This document shows, piece by piece, positions 46,289-56,793 of a DNA stretch of 64,000 nt; position 1 is the stretch's first letter; each line of letters begins with the position of its first letter. A model generated the notes under the pieces. It saw nothing but the letters and a program-made list of their open reading frames with translations. It searched no databases and was not told the origin of the DNA. A program made the translations under genes and the position numbers. Source of the stretch: an uncultured Streptococcus sp. (GTDB lineage Bacteria > Bacillota > Bacilli > Lactobacillales > Streptococcaceae); NCBI RefSeq assembly GCF_901875575.1, contig NZ_CABFMF010000033.1, positions 35,747 to 99,746 on the forward strand, given 5' to 3'.

Positions 46289-47299
46289 ATGAAAAAAACA
46301 CTAAGCATTTTACTCGTAACAGTAGCTACCCTAACCATGGCAGCTTGTGGCAATACTACTACAGAAAAAGCTACCACACAATCTAGCACAGAGACAAGTC
46401 AAAAGGCAAACGCAGAGACGACTTATCCACTAACGGTCAAAACCTATGACGCGAAAGGAAATGAAGTCGAACAAGTTTTTGACAAGGCACCTGAAAAAGT
46501 TATTACAAACAATCTTTCAACCACTGAAATCTTATTGGAGTTAGGCTTGAAGGATAAAATTGTTGGCATGCTCAATCCAGACAATGCTGTGACGGACAAA
46601 TACAAGGACGCGATTGCGACTATTCCTCAAATTGGGGATAAAAAAACAGCCTCACAAGAGACAGTCCTTTCTTATGAGCCAGACTCTGTGATGGGTCGAA
46701 ACATGATGTTTTCTGAAAAATCCTTGGGGACAGTTAGCACTTGGAATGAAAACAAAATCCCAGTTTATACGCAAAAAGCTTCTCTCTCAACAATTCAGCA
46801 AGATTTGGGGAATATCGTAGAAGATGTCAAAAATCTTGGAATGATTTTTAATGTTCAGGATAAAGCTAATGAATACGCAGCCCAATTACAAGCTAAAATT
46901 GACGCTGTTAAGAAAGCAAATCCAGCAAGCCAAGGTGAAAAGAAAAAGGCTTTGATTATGGTTGCTTATAATGATGAAACCTTCGGTGCCTACAAGTCTG
47001 CTTTGCAAGAAAGTTTGCTGAACCAACTTGGTTATACAAACGTTGCTACGGGGACATCAGGCTTGACCTTGGAAAATCTCGTGTCAATGGATCCTGAATT
47101 GATTATCTATGTAACCAGCGATCGTAATAAAAAATTGGATGAAAAAGCAGTAGAGTTGATGAAGGCAAATGCTGTTTTGGAAAGCGTTCCTGCTATTAAG
47201 AATCAAAAAATCATGACCATCTCTTACGATGAGTTGATGGACTATGGTCCAGCAGTGATTGATTCTCTTGAGAAAATCAATGACTTTATCAATAAATAA
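46289..47299 (+). CDS. ABC substrate-binding lipoprotein (periplasmic binding protein type 2, siderophore/heme/B12 class)
   Basis: Lipobox LTMAAC. 336 aa. Confidence 0.8.
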   Translation: MKKTLSILLVTVATLTMAACGNTTTEKATTQSSTETSQKANAETTYPLTVKTYDAKGNEVEQVFDKAPEKVITNNLSTTEILLELGLKDKIVGMLNPDNAVTDKYKDAIATIPQIGDKKTASQETVLSYEPDSVMGRNMMFSEKSLGTVSTWNENKIPVYTQKASLSTIQQDLGNIVEDVKNLGMIFNVQDKANEYAAQLQAKIDAVKKANPASQGEKKKALIMVAYNDETFGAYKSALQESLLNQLGYTNVATGTSGLTLENLVSMDPELIIYVTSDRNKKLDEKAVELMKANAVLESVPAIKNQKIMTISYDELMDYGPAVIDSLEKINDFINK

Positions 47300-47972
47300 T
47301 GAGTTTGATTGGGAAGGAATTCAAGTCAAAATCAGCCTTCCTTCTAACTACGACCCCAATCAAACCTATCCGGCTATTTTATTGAATGATGGAAACTTGG
47401 ATTTCCTATCGTCCCTTTCCGAATCTGTGATTTTAGTGGGCTTGATCTCTAAAAATCGCCTAGACGACTACACTCCCTGGAGGGCAGCTGCTCTGAGAGA
47501 TGGAGCTCCAGATTTTGGGGGTCAGGCCAACGTCTATCATGATCATTTATTTAGAGGTCTTTTAGATAAGTTGCAGTCGCTTTATCGACTGGATGAAGCA
47601 CGCCTTGCCTACGGAGGTTATTCACTAGGTGGTTTGGCGGCAGTCTACAGTCTTTTCAGCTTTGACAAGGTTTCCTATGTCTTTTCGATCTGCGGTTCCT
47701 TTTGGTATCCTGATTTTGTGGCTTACTGCAAGGAAGAGTCAGTGAAAAATCTAAACTGTTTGCTGTATTTACAGAATGGTCAAACAGAAGGAGCCTATCA
47801 TACTAATCGCTTGGCTCAAGCACCAGTCTATGCCGAGAAGATTCATACTAGTCTTCAGAAAAGCTATCCGACCGGTCAGTTTGTCTTTGATTCTTATGGG
47901 CATCATGAACAAGTGGCTGAACGCTTTCTGGCCTTTTCCAGCTGGTTGGTCCAAAAATGGAAAATCGAATAA
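47280..47972 (+). CDS. alpha/beta-hydrolase esterase (enterochelin-esterase-like family)
   Basis: GYSLGG nucleophile elbow and distal YGHHE. ATG 47280 is preferred over TTG 47259. Overlaps the binding-protein gene. Confidence 0.6.
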   Translation: MTLSINNEFDWEGIQVKISLPSNYDPNQTYPAILLNDGNLDFLSSLSESVILVGLISKNRLDDYTPWRAAALRDGAPDFGGQANVYHDHLFRGLLDKLQSLYRLDEARLAYGGYSLGGLAAVYSLFSFDKVSYVFSICGSFWYPDFVAYCKEESVKNLNCLLYLQNGQTEGAYHTNRLAQAPVYAEKIHTSLQKSYPTGQFVFDSYGHHEQVAERFLAFSSWLVQKWKIE

Positions 47973-47979
47973 AAGAATT

Positions 47980-48003
47980 ATCCCTTGGCAGAAGCCAAGG
48001 GAT
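47980..48003. terminator. bidirectional hairpin between the esterase gene and plsC
   Basis: atcccttggc-agaa-gccaagggat. Confidence 0.65.
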
Positions 48004-48015
48004 TGTTGTATTTAT

Positions 48016-48765
48016 TTAACCAAGTTTTTCTCTTTTCTTATCTGGATTCCAGATGAAGCTTGCGATAAAGCTAAAGATGATAGTTAGGATAGCGAGGATA
48101 ATGGCAAGGATGAGGGCAGGAATGCGGATAAACCACCAGAGTGGGTTTGGTTTTTTATCATTGTGCCATTGTTTCGTTTCTTGGTCCAGACGTTGGAATT
48201 CTGTTTGGATACGATTGGCGACTGTTTCAATGCCTTCATCATTCATTTTCTTGATATCTGAGATATCGATTGGATTTCCAAAGTTCATATCGACACGCTC
48301 ACGGCTAACCAAGCCTTTCAAGGTCATAGGACCTGTGTAGGTAACCGGCATAATACGGACCTTGGCCATTTTGGCAATCAGAGCAACTCCACCCTTGACA
48401 TCGTTTGAGTGACGGCTCCCACTTGGAAACATGATGAGAGAGCGCTCACTTTTTTTAAGAACATTGATAGGGTATTTGATGGCAGAAGCGCTAGGATTTT
48501 CACGGTCGATAGGAAAGGCGCCACACATACGGATCCACCAACCAAAGATACGGTTGGTAAAGAGTTCTTTTTTTGCCATAAAGATAAATTGTTTTGGCTT
48601 GGTCGCAAAGGCCATGTAAACAGGATCCCACCAGGTACGGTGAGGCGCAACTAAAATATAATTTTCATCTTGATTAGGAATTTTATCAGTATTATGATAG
48701 TGGGCATTGCCATTGATGGACCATAGGAGCAAGACAACCAATCCACGTAAATAAGTATAAAACAT
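48016..48765 (-). CDS. plsC: 1-acyl-sn-glycerol-3-phosphate acyltransferase
   Basis: HxxxxD motif (APHRTWWDP) and FPSGSR motif. Start moved to ATG 48765 after GAAGGAG. Confidence 0.85.
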   Translation of the reverse strand: MFYTYLRGLVVLLLWSINGNAHYHNTDKIPNQDENYILVAPHRTWWDPVYMAFATKPKQFIFMAKKELFTNRIFGWWIRMCGAFPIDRENPSASAIKYPINVLKKSERSLIMFPSGSRHSNDVKGGVALIAKMAKVRIMPVTYTGPMTLKGLVSRERVDMNFGNPIDISDIKKMNDEGIETVANRIQTEFQRLDQETKQWHNDKKPNPLWWFIRIPALILAIILAILTIIFSFIASFIWNPDKKREKLG

Positions 48766-48885
48766 GCGATCTCCTTCAATTATTTTCTTGTTATTATTAT
48801 ACCTTATCAAAGGAGGGCTGGCAAACTTTTCCCTTGACTAGGTGCATATTTGGGGTGAGATTAGAATTCTGTTAAAAAAAATGAT

Positions 48886-51234
48886 ATGATAGAATTTATG
48901 GATAAAAATAAGATTATGGGATTAACCCAAAGAGAAGTCAAGGAAAGACAGGCTAAGGGCTTGGTCAATGATTTTACTGCATCGGCCAGTACTAGCACTT
49001 GGCAAATCGTTAAACGAAATGTCTTTACCCTTTTTAACGCTTTGAACTTTGCCATTGCTTTGGCACTAGCCTTTGTGCAGGCTTGGAGCAATCTGGTCTT
49101 CTTTGCCGTTATCTGCTTTAACGCTTTTTCTGGAATTGTGACCGAGCTGCGAGCTAAACACATGGTGGACAAGCTCAATCTCATGACCAAGGAAAAGGTC
49201 AAGACTATTCGTGATGGCCAGGAAGTTGCTCTTAATCCTGAAGAATTGGTTTTAGGAGATGTCATTCGTTTGTCTGCAGGGGAGCAGATTCCCAGTGATG
49301 CCTTGGTTTTGGAAGGCTTTGCGGAAGTCAATGAAGCCATGCTAACGGGAGAAAGTGATTTGGTGCAAAAGGAAGTGGACGCCTTGCTTTTGTCAGGAAG
49401 TTTCCTAGCTAGTGGGTCAGTTTTAGCTCAAGTTCACCATGTCGGTGCAGACAACTATGCTGCCAAACTCATGCTGGAAGCCAAGACTGTGAAACCAATC
49501 AACTCTCGTATCATGAAATCGCTGGACAAGTTAGCAGGTTTTACTGGAAAGATTATCATTCCTTTTGGTCTGGCTCTCTTGCTAGAAGCCTTGCTTTTAA
49601 AAGGCTTGCCTCTTAAGTCATCCGTTGTAAATTCGTCAACAGCCCTTTTGGGGATGTTGCCTAAGGGAATTGCCCTTTTGACCATTACTTCGCTCTTGAC
49701 TGCGGTGATTAAGTTGGGCTTGAAAAAGGTCTTGGTGCAGGAGATGTATTCTGTTGAGACCTTGGCGCGCGTGGATATGCTCTGTTTGGACAAGACGGGC
49801 ACCATCACCCAAGGAAAGATGCAAGTGGAGGCTGTTCTTCCACTGACGGAAACTTACGGTGAAGAGGCTATTGCCAGCATCCTGACAAGCTATATGGCCC
49901 ATAGTGAGGATAAAAATCCAACTGCCCAAGCTATTCGAAAGCGTTTTGTGGGAGAAGTTACTTATCCTATGATTTCCAATCTTCCTTTCTCAAGCGACCG
50001 CAAGTGGGGAGCCATGGAGTTAGAAGGTTTGGGAACAGTTTTCTTAGGGGCGCCTGAGATGTTGCTGGATTCTGAGGTACCAGAAGCCAGAGAGGCCTTG
50101 GAGAGAGGTTCACGTGTCTTGGTCTTAGCTCTCAGTCAGGAGAAATTAGACCATCACAAGCCACAGAAACCATCTGATATTCAGGCTCTAGCCTTGCTGG
50201 AAATCTTGGACCCCATTCGAGAGGGAGCAGCTGAGACGCTGGACTATCTCCGTTCTCAGGAAGTAGGACTCAAGATTATCTCTGGTGACAATCCAGTTAC
50301 GGTATCCAGCATTGCCCAGAAGGCTGGTTTTGCGGACTATGACAGTTATGTAGATTGTTCGAAAATCACGGATGAGGAATTGGTTGCTATGGCGGAGGAG
50401 ACTGCGATTTTTGGACGTGTTTCTCCCCATCAAAAGAAACTCATTATCCAAACGTTGAAAAAAGCGGGTCATACAACAGCTATGACAGGGGACGGGGTCA
50501 ATGATATTCTGGCCCTTCGTGAGGCGGATTGCTCTATCGTAATGGCGGAGGGAGACCCGGCAACACGTCAGATTGCCAATCTGGTTCTCTTGAACTCTGA
50601 CTTTAATGATGTTCCTGAGATTCTCTTTGAAGGTCGTCGCGTGGTCAATAACATTGCTCACATTGCACCGATTTTCTTGATAAAGACCATCTATTCTTTC
50701 CTGTTAGCAGTCATCTGTATTGCCAGTGCTTTACTAGGTCGGTCTGAATGGATTTTGATTTTCCCTTTCATTCCGATTCAAATTACCATAATCGACCAAT
50801 TCGTGGAAGGTTTCCCGCCATTTGTTCTAACTTTTGAGCGAAATATCAAACCTGTTGAGCCAAACTTCCTCAGAAAATCCATGCTTCGTGCCCTACCAAG
50901 TGCTCTCATGGTCGTCTTCAGCGTTCTCTTTGTGAAACTATTTGGAAGTAGCCAAGGTTGGTCTGAAATAGAAATCTCAACCCTCCTCTATTATCTCTTG
51001 GGGTCAATTGGCTTCTTATCTGTATTTAGAGCCTGCATGCCATTCACTCTTTGGCGTGTCCTCTTGATTGTCTGGTCAGTAGGAGGCTTCCTAGCTACAG
51101 CTCTCTTCCCAAGGATTCAAAAACTACTTGAAATTTCGACCTTGACAGGACAAACGCTACCTGTTTATGGTGTCATGATGTTGGTCTTTACGGTGATTTT
51201 CATCCTGACCAATCGCTATCAAGCTAGAAAATAA
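48886..51234 (+). CDS. cation-translocating P-type (E1-E2) ATPase
   Basis: TGES, DKTGTITQG phosphorylation site, TGDGVNDILAL hinge, 8-10 TM. Confidence 0.9.
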   Translation: MIEFMDKNKIMGLTQREVKERQAKGLVNDFTASASTSTWQIVKRNVFTLFNALNFAIALALAFVQAWSNLVFFAVICFNAFSGIVTELRAKHMVDKLNLMTKEKVKTIRDGQEVALNPEELVLGDVIRLSAGEQIPSDALVLEGFAEVNEAMLTGESDLVQKEVDALLLSGSFLASGSVLAQVHHVGADNYAAKLMLEAKTVKPINSRIMKSLDKLAGFTGKIIIPFGLALLLEALLLKGLPLKSSVVNSSTALLGMLPKGIALLTITSLLTAVIKLGLKKVLVQEMYSVETLARVDMLCLDKTGTITQGKMQVEAVLPLTETYGEEAIASILTSYMAHSEDKNPTAQAIRKRFVGEVTYPMISNLPFSSDRKWGAMELEGLGTVFLGAPEMLLDSEVPEAREALERGSRVLVLALSQEKLDHHKPQKPSDIQALALLEILDPIREGAAETLDYLRSQEVGLKIISGDNPVTVSSIAQKAGFADYDSYVDCSKITDEELVAMAEETAIFGRVSPHQKKLIIQTLKKAGHTTAMTGDGVNDILALREADCSIVMAEGDPATRQIANLVLLNSDFNDVPEILFEGRRVVNNIAHIAPIFLIKTIYSFLLAVICIASALLGRSEWILIFPFIPIQITIIDQFVEGFPPFVLTFERNIKPVEPNFLRKSMLRALPSALMVVFSVLFVKLFGSSQGWSEIEISTLLYYLLGSIGFLSVFRACMPFTLWRVLLIVWSVGGFLATALFPRIQKLLEISTLTGQTLPVYGVMMLVFTVIFILTNRYQARK

Positions 51235-51270
51235 AGACAGACTGCAATCTGTGGATTGTGGTCTTTTTTA
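51234..51270 (+). terminator. terminator after the P-type ATPase gene
   Basis: Imperfect hairpin agacagactgcaatc-tgtg-gattgtggtct followed by tttttta. Confidence 0.45.
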
Positions 51271-51336
51271 GCTGCAAGATAGTTAGCTGAAATGTGGTAT
51301 AATAAGAGGGAATAGAGTTTTGGAAAGTGAGAGAAG

Positions 51337-52014
51337 ATGATTTCAAAGAGATTAGAATTGGTAGCTTCCTTTGTGCCACAGGGAGCCATTTTACTAGATG
51401 TGGGAAGTGACCATGCTTATCTGCCTATCAACTTGGTCGAAAGAGGACAAATCAAAAGTGCCATTGCGGGTGAGGTGGTGGAAGGTCCATACCAATCTGC
51501 AGTCAAAAATGTTGAGGCTCACGACCTAAAGGAGAAAATCCAGGTTCGTTTAGCCAATGGCTTGGCAGCTTTTGAAGAGGCAGACCAAGTATCTGTCATT
51601 ACCATTGCTGGTATGGGTGGTCGTTTGATTGCTAGGATTTTAGAAGAAGGCTTGGACAAGTTAGCTCATGTAGAGCGTTTGATTCTCCAGCCCAATAATC
51701 GTGAAGACGACTTGCGTATCTGGCTACAAGAGAACGGATTTCAGATTGTAGCTGAAAGCATCGTAGAAGAGGCTGGCAAGTTTTACGAGATTTTGGTGGT
51801 GGAAGCAGGCAAAATGAAGCTATCAGCCAGTGATGTTCGCTTTGGACCTTTCTTGTCCAAAGAAGTCAGTCCGGTTTTTGTACAAAAATGGCAAAAAGAA
51901 GCTGAGAAGCTAGAGTTCGCCCTCAGACAAATTCCAGAAAAAAATCTGGAGGAACGTCAAGTTCTAGTAGATAAAATTCAAGCCATCAAGGAGGTTCTCC
52001 ATGCTAGCAAGTGA
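51337..52014 (+). CDS. trmK: tRNA (adenine22-N1)-methyltransferase
   Basis: [31 protein letters not shown]... is typical of TrmK/YqfN. Confidence 0.8.
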   Translation: MISKRLELVASFVPQGAILLDVGSDHAYLPINLVERGQIKSAIAGEVVEGPYQSAVKNVEAHDLKEKIQVRLANGLAAFEEADQVSVITIAGMGGRLIARILEEGLDKLAHVERLILQPNNREDDLRIWLQENGFQIVAESIVEEAGKFYEILVVEAGKMKLSASDVRFGPFLSKEVSPVFVQKWQKEAEKLEFALRQIPEKNLEERQVLVDKIQAIKEVLHASK

Positions 52015-52798
52015 AGTGATTAAAGCGTATGAAGCCTTTTGCCCTCAGGAATTTTCTATGGAAGGAGACAGTCGCGGCTTGCAAATTGGCACTTTGGACA
52101 AGGATATCCAAAGAGTCATGATTGCTCTCGATATTCGTGAAGAAACGGTGGCTGAAGCTATTGAAAAGGGTGTGGATTTGATTATTGTCAAGCATGCACC
52201 GATTTTCCGTCCTATCAAGGATTTGGTAGCTAGCCGTCCGCAAAATCAGATTTATATCGATCTCATCAAACATGACATCGCAGTTTATGTTAGCCATACC
52301 AATATTGACATTGTTGAAAATGGCCTCAATGACTGGTTCTGTCAGATGCTGGGCATCGAGGAAACGACTTATCTACAGGAGACAGGTCCAGAACGTGGAA
52401 TTGGTCGTATTGGGAATATTCAACCTCAGACCTTTGGAGATTTTGCCCAACATGTCAAGCAAGTCTTTGGCCTAGATAGCCTTCGAATGGTGCATTATCA
52501 AGAAAGTGATTTGCAGAAGCCTATTTCAAGAGTGGCCATCTGTGGTGGAAGTGGGCAGTCATTCTATAAGGATGCCCTAACTAAGGGAGCCCATGTCTAC
52601 ATCACTGGTGATATCTATTACCACACAGCCCAGGACATGCTGTCAGATGGGTTGCTAGCACTGGACCCTGGTCACTATATCGAAGTGCTCTTTGTGGAAA
52701 AAATCGCAGAACTTCTTAATCAATGGAAAAAGGAAAAAGACTGGACTATTGATATTGTACCTAGTCAAGCATCGACCAACCCTTTCCACCATATCTAG
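52001..52798 (+). CDS. Nif3-family dinuclear metal centre protein (YqfO-like)
   Basis: 265 aa. Conserved trmK-nif3 pairing. HTNIDI and GHYxxE motifs. Confidence 0.8.
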   Translation: MLASEVIKAYEAFCPQEFSMEGDSRGLQIGTLDKDIQRVMIALDIREETVAEAIEKGVDLIIVKHAPIFRPIKDLVASRPQNQIYIDLIKHDIAVYVSHTNIDIVENGLNDWFCQMLGIEETTYLQETGPERGIGRIGNIQPQTFGDFAQHVKQVFGLDSLRMVHYQESDLQKPISRVAICGGSGQSFYKDALTKGAHVYITGDIYYHTAQDMLSDGLLALDPGHYIEVLFVEKIAELLNQWKKEKDWTIDIVPSQASTNPFHHI

Positions 52799-52814
52799 TT
52801 AGAAAGTGAAAACA

Positions 52815-53930
52815 ATGAAAAAAGTTGCCATTATTGGAGCAGGAATTGTGGGAGCAACAGCTGCCTACTACCTCTCGAAAGAAAGTGACCTAGAGGTGAC
52901 CGTTTTTGACTATGGAAAAGGTCAAGCCACCAAGGCGGCGGCGGGAATTATCAGTCCTTGGTTTTCCAAACGCCGTAATAAAGCCTGGTACAAAATGGCG
53001 CGCTTGGGGGCTGACTTTTATGTGGATTTATTAGCTGATTTAGAGAAATCAGGGCAAGAAATCGACTTTTATCAGCGCTCGGGAGTCTTTCTCTTGAAAA
53101 AGGATGAAACAAAGCTAGAAGAACTCTATCAACTAGCCTTAGAGCGTAGAGATGAGTCTCCCTTGATAGGAGACTTGGCTATTTTAGATAAAGTCTCTGC
53201 TAGTGAGTTCTTTCCTGGGTTACAGGGATTTGACCGCCTACTCTATGCTTCTGGTGGAGCGAGAGTAGATGGTCAGCTCTTGGTCACTCGTTTACTAGAA
53301 GCTAGTAAGGTTGAAGTGGTGAGAGAAGAGGTGGGTCTAAATCCTTTATCAGCAGGCTACCAGATTGGAGACCGCATTTTTGATCAGGTTATTTTAGCGA
53401 CAGGTGCTTGGTTGGGACAAATATTGGAACCGCTAGGTTATCAGGTGGATGTTCGTCCCCAAAAGGGGCAACTCCGAGATTATCACGTAGAGCAAGACAT
53501 GGTAAACTATCCTGTTGTTATGCCAGAAGGGGAGTGGGATTTGATTCCCTTTGCAGGTGGGAAATTATCATTAGGTGCTACCCATGAAAATGACATGGGA
53601 TTTGATTTGACGGTAGATGAAATCTTGCTCCAACAAATGGAAGATGCAGCCCTGCCTTGCTATCCTAGTTTAGTAGAAGCTACCAGAGCTGGTGAACGTG
53701 TGGGAATTCGCGCCTATACTAGTGATTTCTCTTCCTTTTTTGGGCAAGTGCCAGATTTAACAGGTGTCTATGCGGCTAGTGGATTGGGTTCTTCAGGTCT
53801 CACAACTGGACCTATTATTGGCTACCATTTAGCTCGATTACTTCAAGGAAAAACTGTAACATTAGAAAGTTCTGATTATCCAATTGAGAAGTATGTAAAG
53901 CAAATAGAAAATGAATCATTTTTTTACTAA
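52815..53930 (+). CDS. FAD-dependent oxidoreductase (DAO family)
   Basis: N-terminal Rossmann motif VAIIGAGIVGATAAYYL. ATG 52815 or GTG 52806 start. Confidence 0.8.
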   Translation: MKKVAIIGAGIVGATAAYYLSKESDLEVTVFDYGKGQATKAAAGIISPWFSKRRNKAWYKMARLGADFYVDLLADLEKSGQEIDFYQRSGVFLLKKDETKLEELYQLALERRDESPLIGDLAILDKVSASEFFPGLQGFDRLLYASGGARVDGQLLVTRLLEASKVEVVREEVGLNPLSAGYQIGDRIFDQVILATGAWLGQILEPLGYQVDVRPQKGQLRDYHVEQDMVNYPVVMPEGEWDLIPFAGGKLSLGATHENDMGFDLTVDEILLQQMEDAALPCYPSLVEATRAGERVGIRAYTSDFSSFFGQVPDLTGVYAASGLGSSGLTTGPIIGYHLARLLQGKTVTLESSDYPIEKYVKQIENESFFY

Positions 53931-54017
53931 ATTTTCACTAAAGGCTTTAGTATGGTAAATGACATTCCCTATCAAAAATGGTAAAATAAGAAAAAATCTG
54001 AGAATCGAGGAAAACAG

Positions 54018-55037
54018 ATGCAAGAAAAGATCTTGGTAACCGGCGGTGCCGGTTTTATCGGAACCCACACTGTAATTGAGTTAATCCAAGCAGGCCATCA
54101 GGTTGTTGTGGTGGATAACCTTGTTAATAGTAATAGAAAAAGTTTAGAAGTTGTTGAGAGAATTACAGGAGTTGAAGTGCCTTTCTATGAGGCAGATATC
54201 CGTGACACTGATACTCTCAGAGATATTTTCAAGCAGGAAGAACCGACAGGTGTTATTCACTTTGCTGGTTTGAAGGCTGTAGGAGAATCAACACGTATCC
54301 CTCTGGCCTACTATGACAACAATATTGCTGGAACTGTCAGCCTTTTGAAAGTTATGGAAGAAAACAACTGTAAAAACATCATCTTCAGTTCTTCTGCGAC
54401 AGTTTACGGAGATCCTCATACAGTACCAATCTTGGAAGATTTCCCACTTTCAGTGACCAATCCATACGGTCGTACTAAACTCATGTTAGAGGAAATTTTG
54501 ACGGATATTTACAAGGCAGACTCAGAATGGAATGTGGTCTTACTTCGTTACTTTAACCCAATCGGAGCTCATGAAAGTGGCGATTTGGGTGAAAATCCAA
54601 ACGGTATTCCAAACAACCTCTTGCCATATGTGACTCAAGTTGCAGTTGGAAAACTGGAGCAAGTTCAGGTTTTCGGTGATGACTATGAAACAGAAGACGG
54701 AACTGGTGTTCGTGACTATATCCACGTTGTCGATTTGGCTAAAGGTCACGTCGCAGCCCTTAAAAAAATCCAAAAAGGTTCAGGACTGAACGTTTACAAC
54801 CTTGGAACAGGTAAAGGCTACTCTGTTCTTGAGATTATCCAAAATATGGAAAAAGCGGTGGGACGTCCAATTCCTTACCGTATCGTAGAACGTCGCCCAG
54901 GTGATATCGCAGCCTGCTATTCAGACCCTGCAAAAGCCAAAGCAGAACTCGGTTGGGAAGCAGAACTAGGCATCACCCAAATGTGTGAAGACGCATGGCG
55001 TTGGCAAAGTAAACATCCAAATGGATTTGACGATTAA
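54018..55037 (+). CDS. galE: UDP-glucose 4-epimerase
   Basis: GGAGFIGTH Rossmann motif, SSSATVYG, YGRTK catalytic motif. Confidence 0.92.
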   Translation: MQEKILVTGGAGFIGTHTVIELIQAGHQVVVVDNLVNSNRKSLEVVERITGVEVPFYEADIRDTDTLRDIFKQEEPTGVIHFAGLKAVGESTRIPLAYYDNNIAGTVSLLKVMEENNCKNIIFSSSATVYGDPHTVPILEDFPLSVTNPYGRTKLMLEEILTDIYKADSEWNVVLLRYFNPIGAHESGDLGENPNGIPNNLLPYVTQVAVGKLEQVQVFGDDYETEDGTGVRDYIHVVDLAKGHVAALKKIQKGSGLNVYNLGTGKGYSVLEIIQNMEKAVGRPIPYRIVERRPGDIAACYSDPAKAKAELGWEAELGITQMCEDAWRWQSKHPNGFDD

Positions 55038-55038
55038 G

Positions 55039-56007
55039 ATGGTGATGTCAATCATTGTCCCCTGTTTAAACGAAGAGGAAGTACTTCCTCTTTTTTATCA
55101 GTCTGTAGAAGCTATAGTTCCTGACTTGGAAGCAGAAATCGAGTATCTCTTTGTCGATGATGGATCAAGTGATGGAACCTTGGAACTCTTAAAGTCCTAT
55201 CGGGAGCAAAATTCAGCAGTACATTATATTTCGTTCTCGCGAAATTTTGGCAAAGAAGCTGCTCTTTATGCAGGTTTGCAGTATGCGACAGGAAATCTGG
55301 TGGTGGTGATGGATGCAGATCTCCAAGATCCTCCTAGTATGTTGTTAGAGATGAAAAATTTACTAGAGCAAAATGCAGATTTGGATTGTGTAGGAACACG
55401 GAGAACTAGTCGAGGGGGAGAACCAGTTTTACGTAGTCTCTGTGCTAATCTCTTTTATCGCCTCATGAAAAAAATTAGTCCAGTAGCCCTGCCGTCAGGT
55501 GTCCGTGATTTTCGCATGATGAGAAGATCCGTAGTTGATGCCATTTTAAGCTTGACGGAGTCCAATCGTTTTTCTAAGGGGCTCTTTGCCTGGGTCGGCT
55601 TTAAAACCCACTATCTGGACTATCCAAATATTGAAAGACAGGCTGGCAAGACCAGTTGGAGTTTTAGGCAACTCTTTTTCTACTCTCTTGAAGGGATTGT
55701 TAATTTTTCAGATTTTCCCCTAATTATAGCCTTCGTAGCGGGTCTCCTATCTTGTTTTATTTCTTTGCTTATGACCTTTTTTGTGGTGGTTCGAACTCTC
55801 ATTTTAGGGAATCCTACATCTGGTTGGACTTCACTTATGGCAGTGATTCTATTTCTAGGAGGAATTCAACTTTTAACAATTGGGATTCTCGGAAAATATA
55901 TCAGTAAGATTTATTTAGAGACCAAAAAAAGACCACTTTATCTCATCAAAGAAAGAAGTGCTCTTCCTGTTGTTATTAAAGAAAAAAATAAGGTTAAAAG
56001 ACTATAA
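55039..56007 (+). CDS. family 2 glycosyltransferase, GtrB/CsbB-like polyprenyl-phosphate glycosyltransferase
   Basis: SIIVPCLNEE, DDGSSDGT, VVMDADLQD, plus two C-terminal TM helices. The start abuts the galE stop. Confidence 0.8.
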   Translation: MVMSIIVPCLNEEEVLPLFYQSVEAIVPDLEAEIEYLFVDDGSSDGTLELLKSYREQNSAVHYISFSRNFGKEAALYAGLQYATGNLVVVMDADLQDPPSMLLEMKNLLEQNADLDCVGTRRTSRGGEPVLRSLCANLFYRLMKKISPVALPSGVRDFRMMRRSVVDAILSLTESNRFSKGLFAWVGFKTHYLDYPNIERQAGKTSWSFRQLFFYSLEGIVNFSDFPLIIAFVAGLLSCFISLLMTFFVVVRTLILGNPTSGWTSLMAVILFLGGIQLLTIGILGKYISKIYLETKKRPLYLIKERSALPVVIKEKNKVKRL

Positions 56008-56070
56008 TTTTACTTGAAAATATGATAGACTAGAAGAGATGAAAAGACATCCTAAATTTAAGATTTTATT

Positions 56071-56274
56071 TTAAGATTGATCTTTAATCAAGGCACGTGT
56101 AGGGCAATTTTTGACTGCTTCTAAAATGTCTTGATTGGGACAAATTTCTTTTTCTAGTTGATTTGGATCATCGTAAAAGCGCACGATACCATTATCGTGA
56201 TAATCAAAAAGATCAGAGTAAGTTTGACAGAGCCCACAGGCAATGCAGCGTTCAGGTATAAGTGTGATTTTCAT
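56071..56274 (-). CDS. small ferredoxin
   Basis: MKITLIPERCIACGLCQ...AVKNCPTRA cysteine motifs. Start moved to ATG 56274. Confidence 0.75.
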   Translation of the reverse strand: MKITLIPERCIACGLCQTYSDLFDYHDNGIVRFYDDPNQLEKEICPNQDILEAVKNCPTRALIKDQS

Positions 56275-56319
56275 ATTTATATTGTAATAAGAAAAGCAAA
56301 AAAACACAAGGAGTAAGGT

Positions 56320-56784
56320 ATGGGAAAAGAACCGTGGAAAGAAGATATTTATGAAGAAAAAGAAGAAACAAGATCTGAACGACGTAGAACTGAACTTGGA
56401 GAAATAACAGCTAATCGTGTTTTGACAATTCTAGCGAGTATTTTCTTTGTAATTGTTTTAGTAATGATTATTGTTTTAGTTTATCTTTCATCTGGAGGGA
56501 GCAATCGTACACTAGCCTTAAAAGACTTTCACGACTCTAGCACAAATGTCGAACAGGTATCTTCTTCTACAAGTACTGAACAAGAAGCTTCTGCTACAGA
56601 CAAAAAAGAAGCATCTAATTCTGAGAATCAAGAAGGGACTACGAAAGTTTTACCAGGAGAAGGAGAAGCTGCCATTGCAGCTCGTGTTGGTATTTCGATA
56701 GCTCAATTGGAAACCTTGAATCCTTCTCACATGTCGACAGGATCATGGTATGCTGATCCTGGTGATGTTGTTAAGACTAGATAG
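56320..56784 (+). CDS. membrane-anchored protein with a C-terminal LysM-like module
   Basis: Charged N-terminus, one TM helix (VLTILASIFFVIVLVMIIVLVYL), a Ser/Thr-rich linker, then ..AARVGISIAQLETLNP... Confidence 0.55.
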   Translation: MGKEPWKEDIYEEKEETRSERRRTELGEITANRVLTILASIFFVIVLVMIIVLVYLSSGGSNRTLALKDFHDSSTNVEQVSSSTSTEQEASATDKKEASNSENQEGTTKVLPGEGEAAIAARVGISIAQLETLNPSHMSTGSWYADPGDVVKTR

Positions 56785-56793
56785 GAGTCAGAA

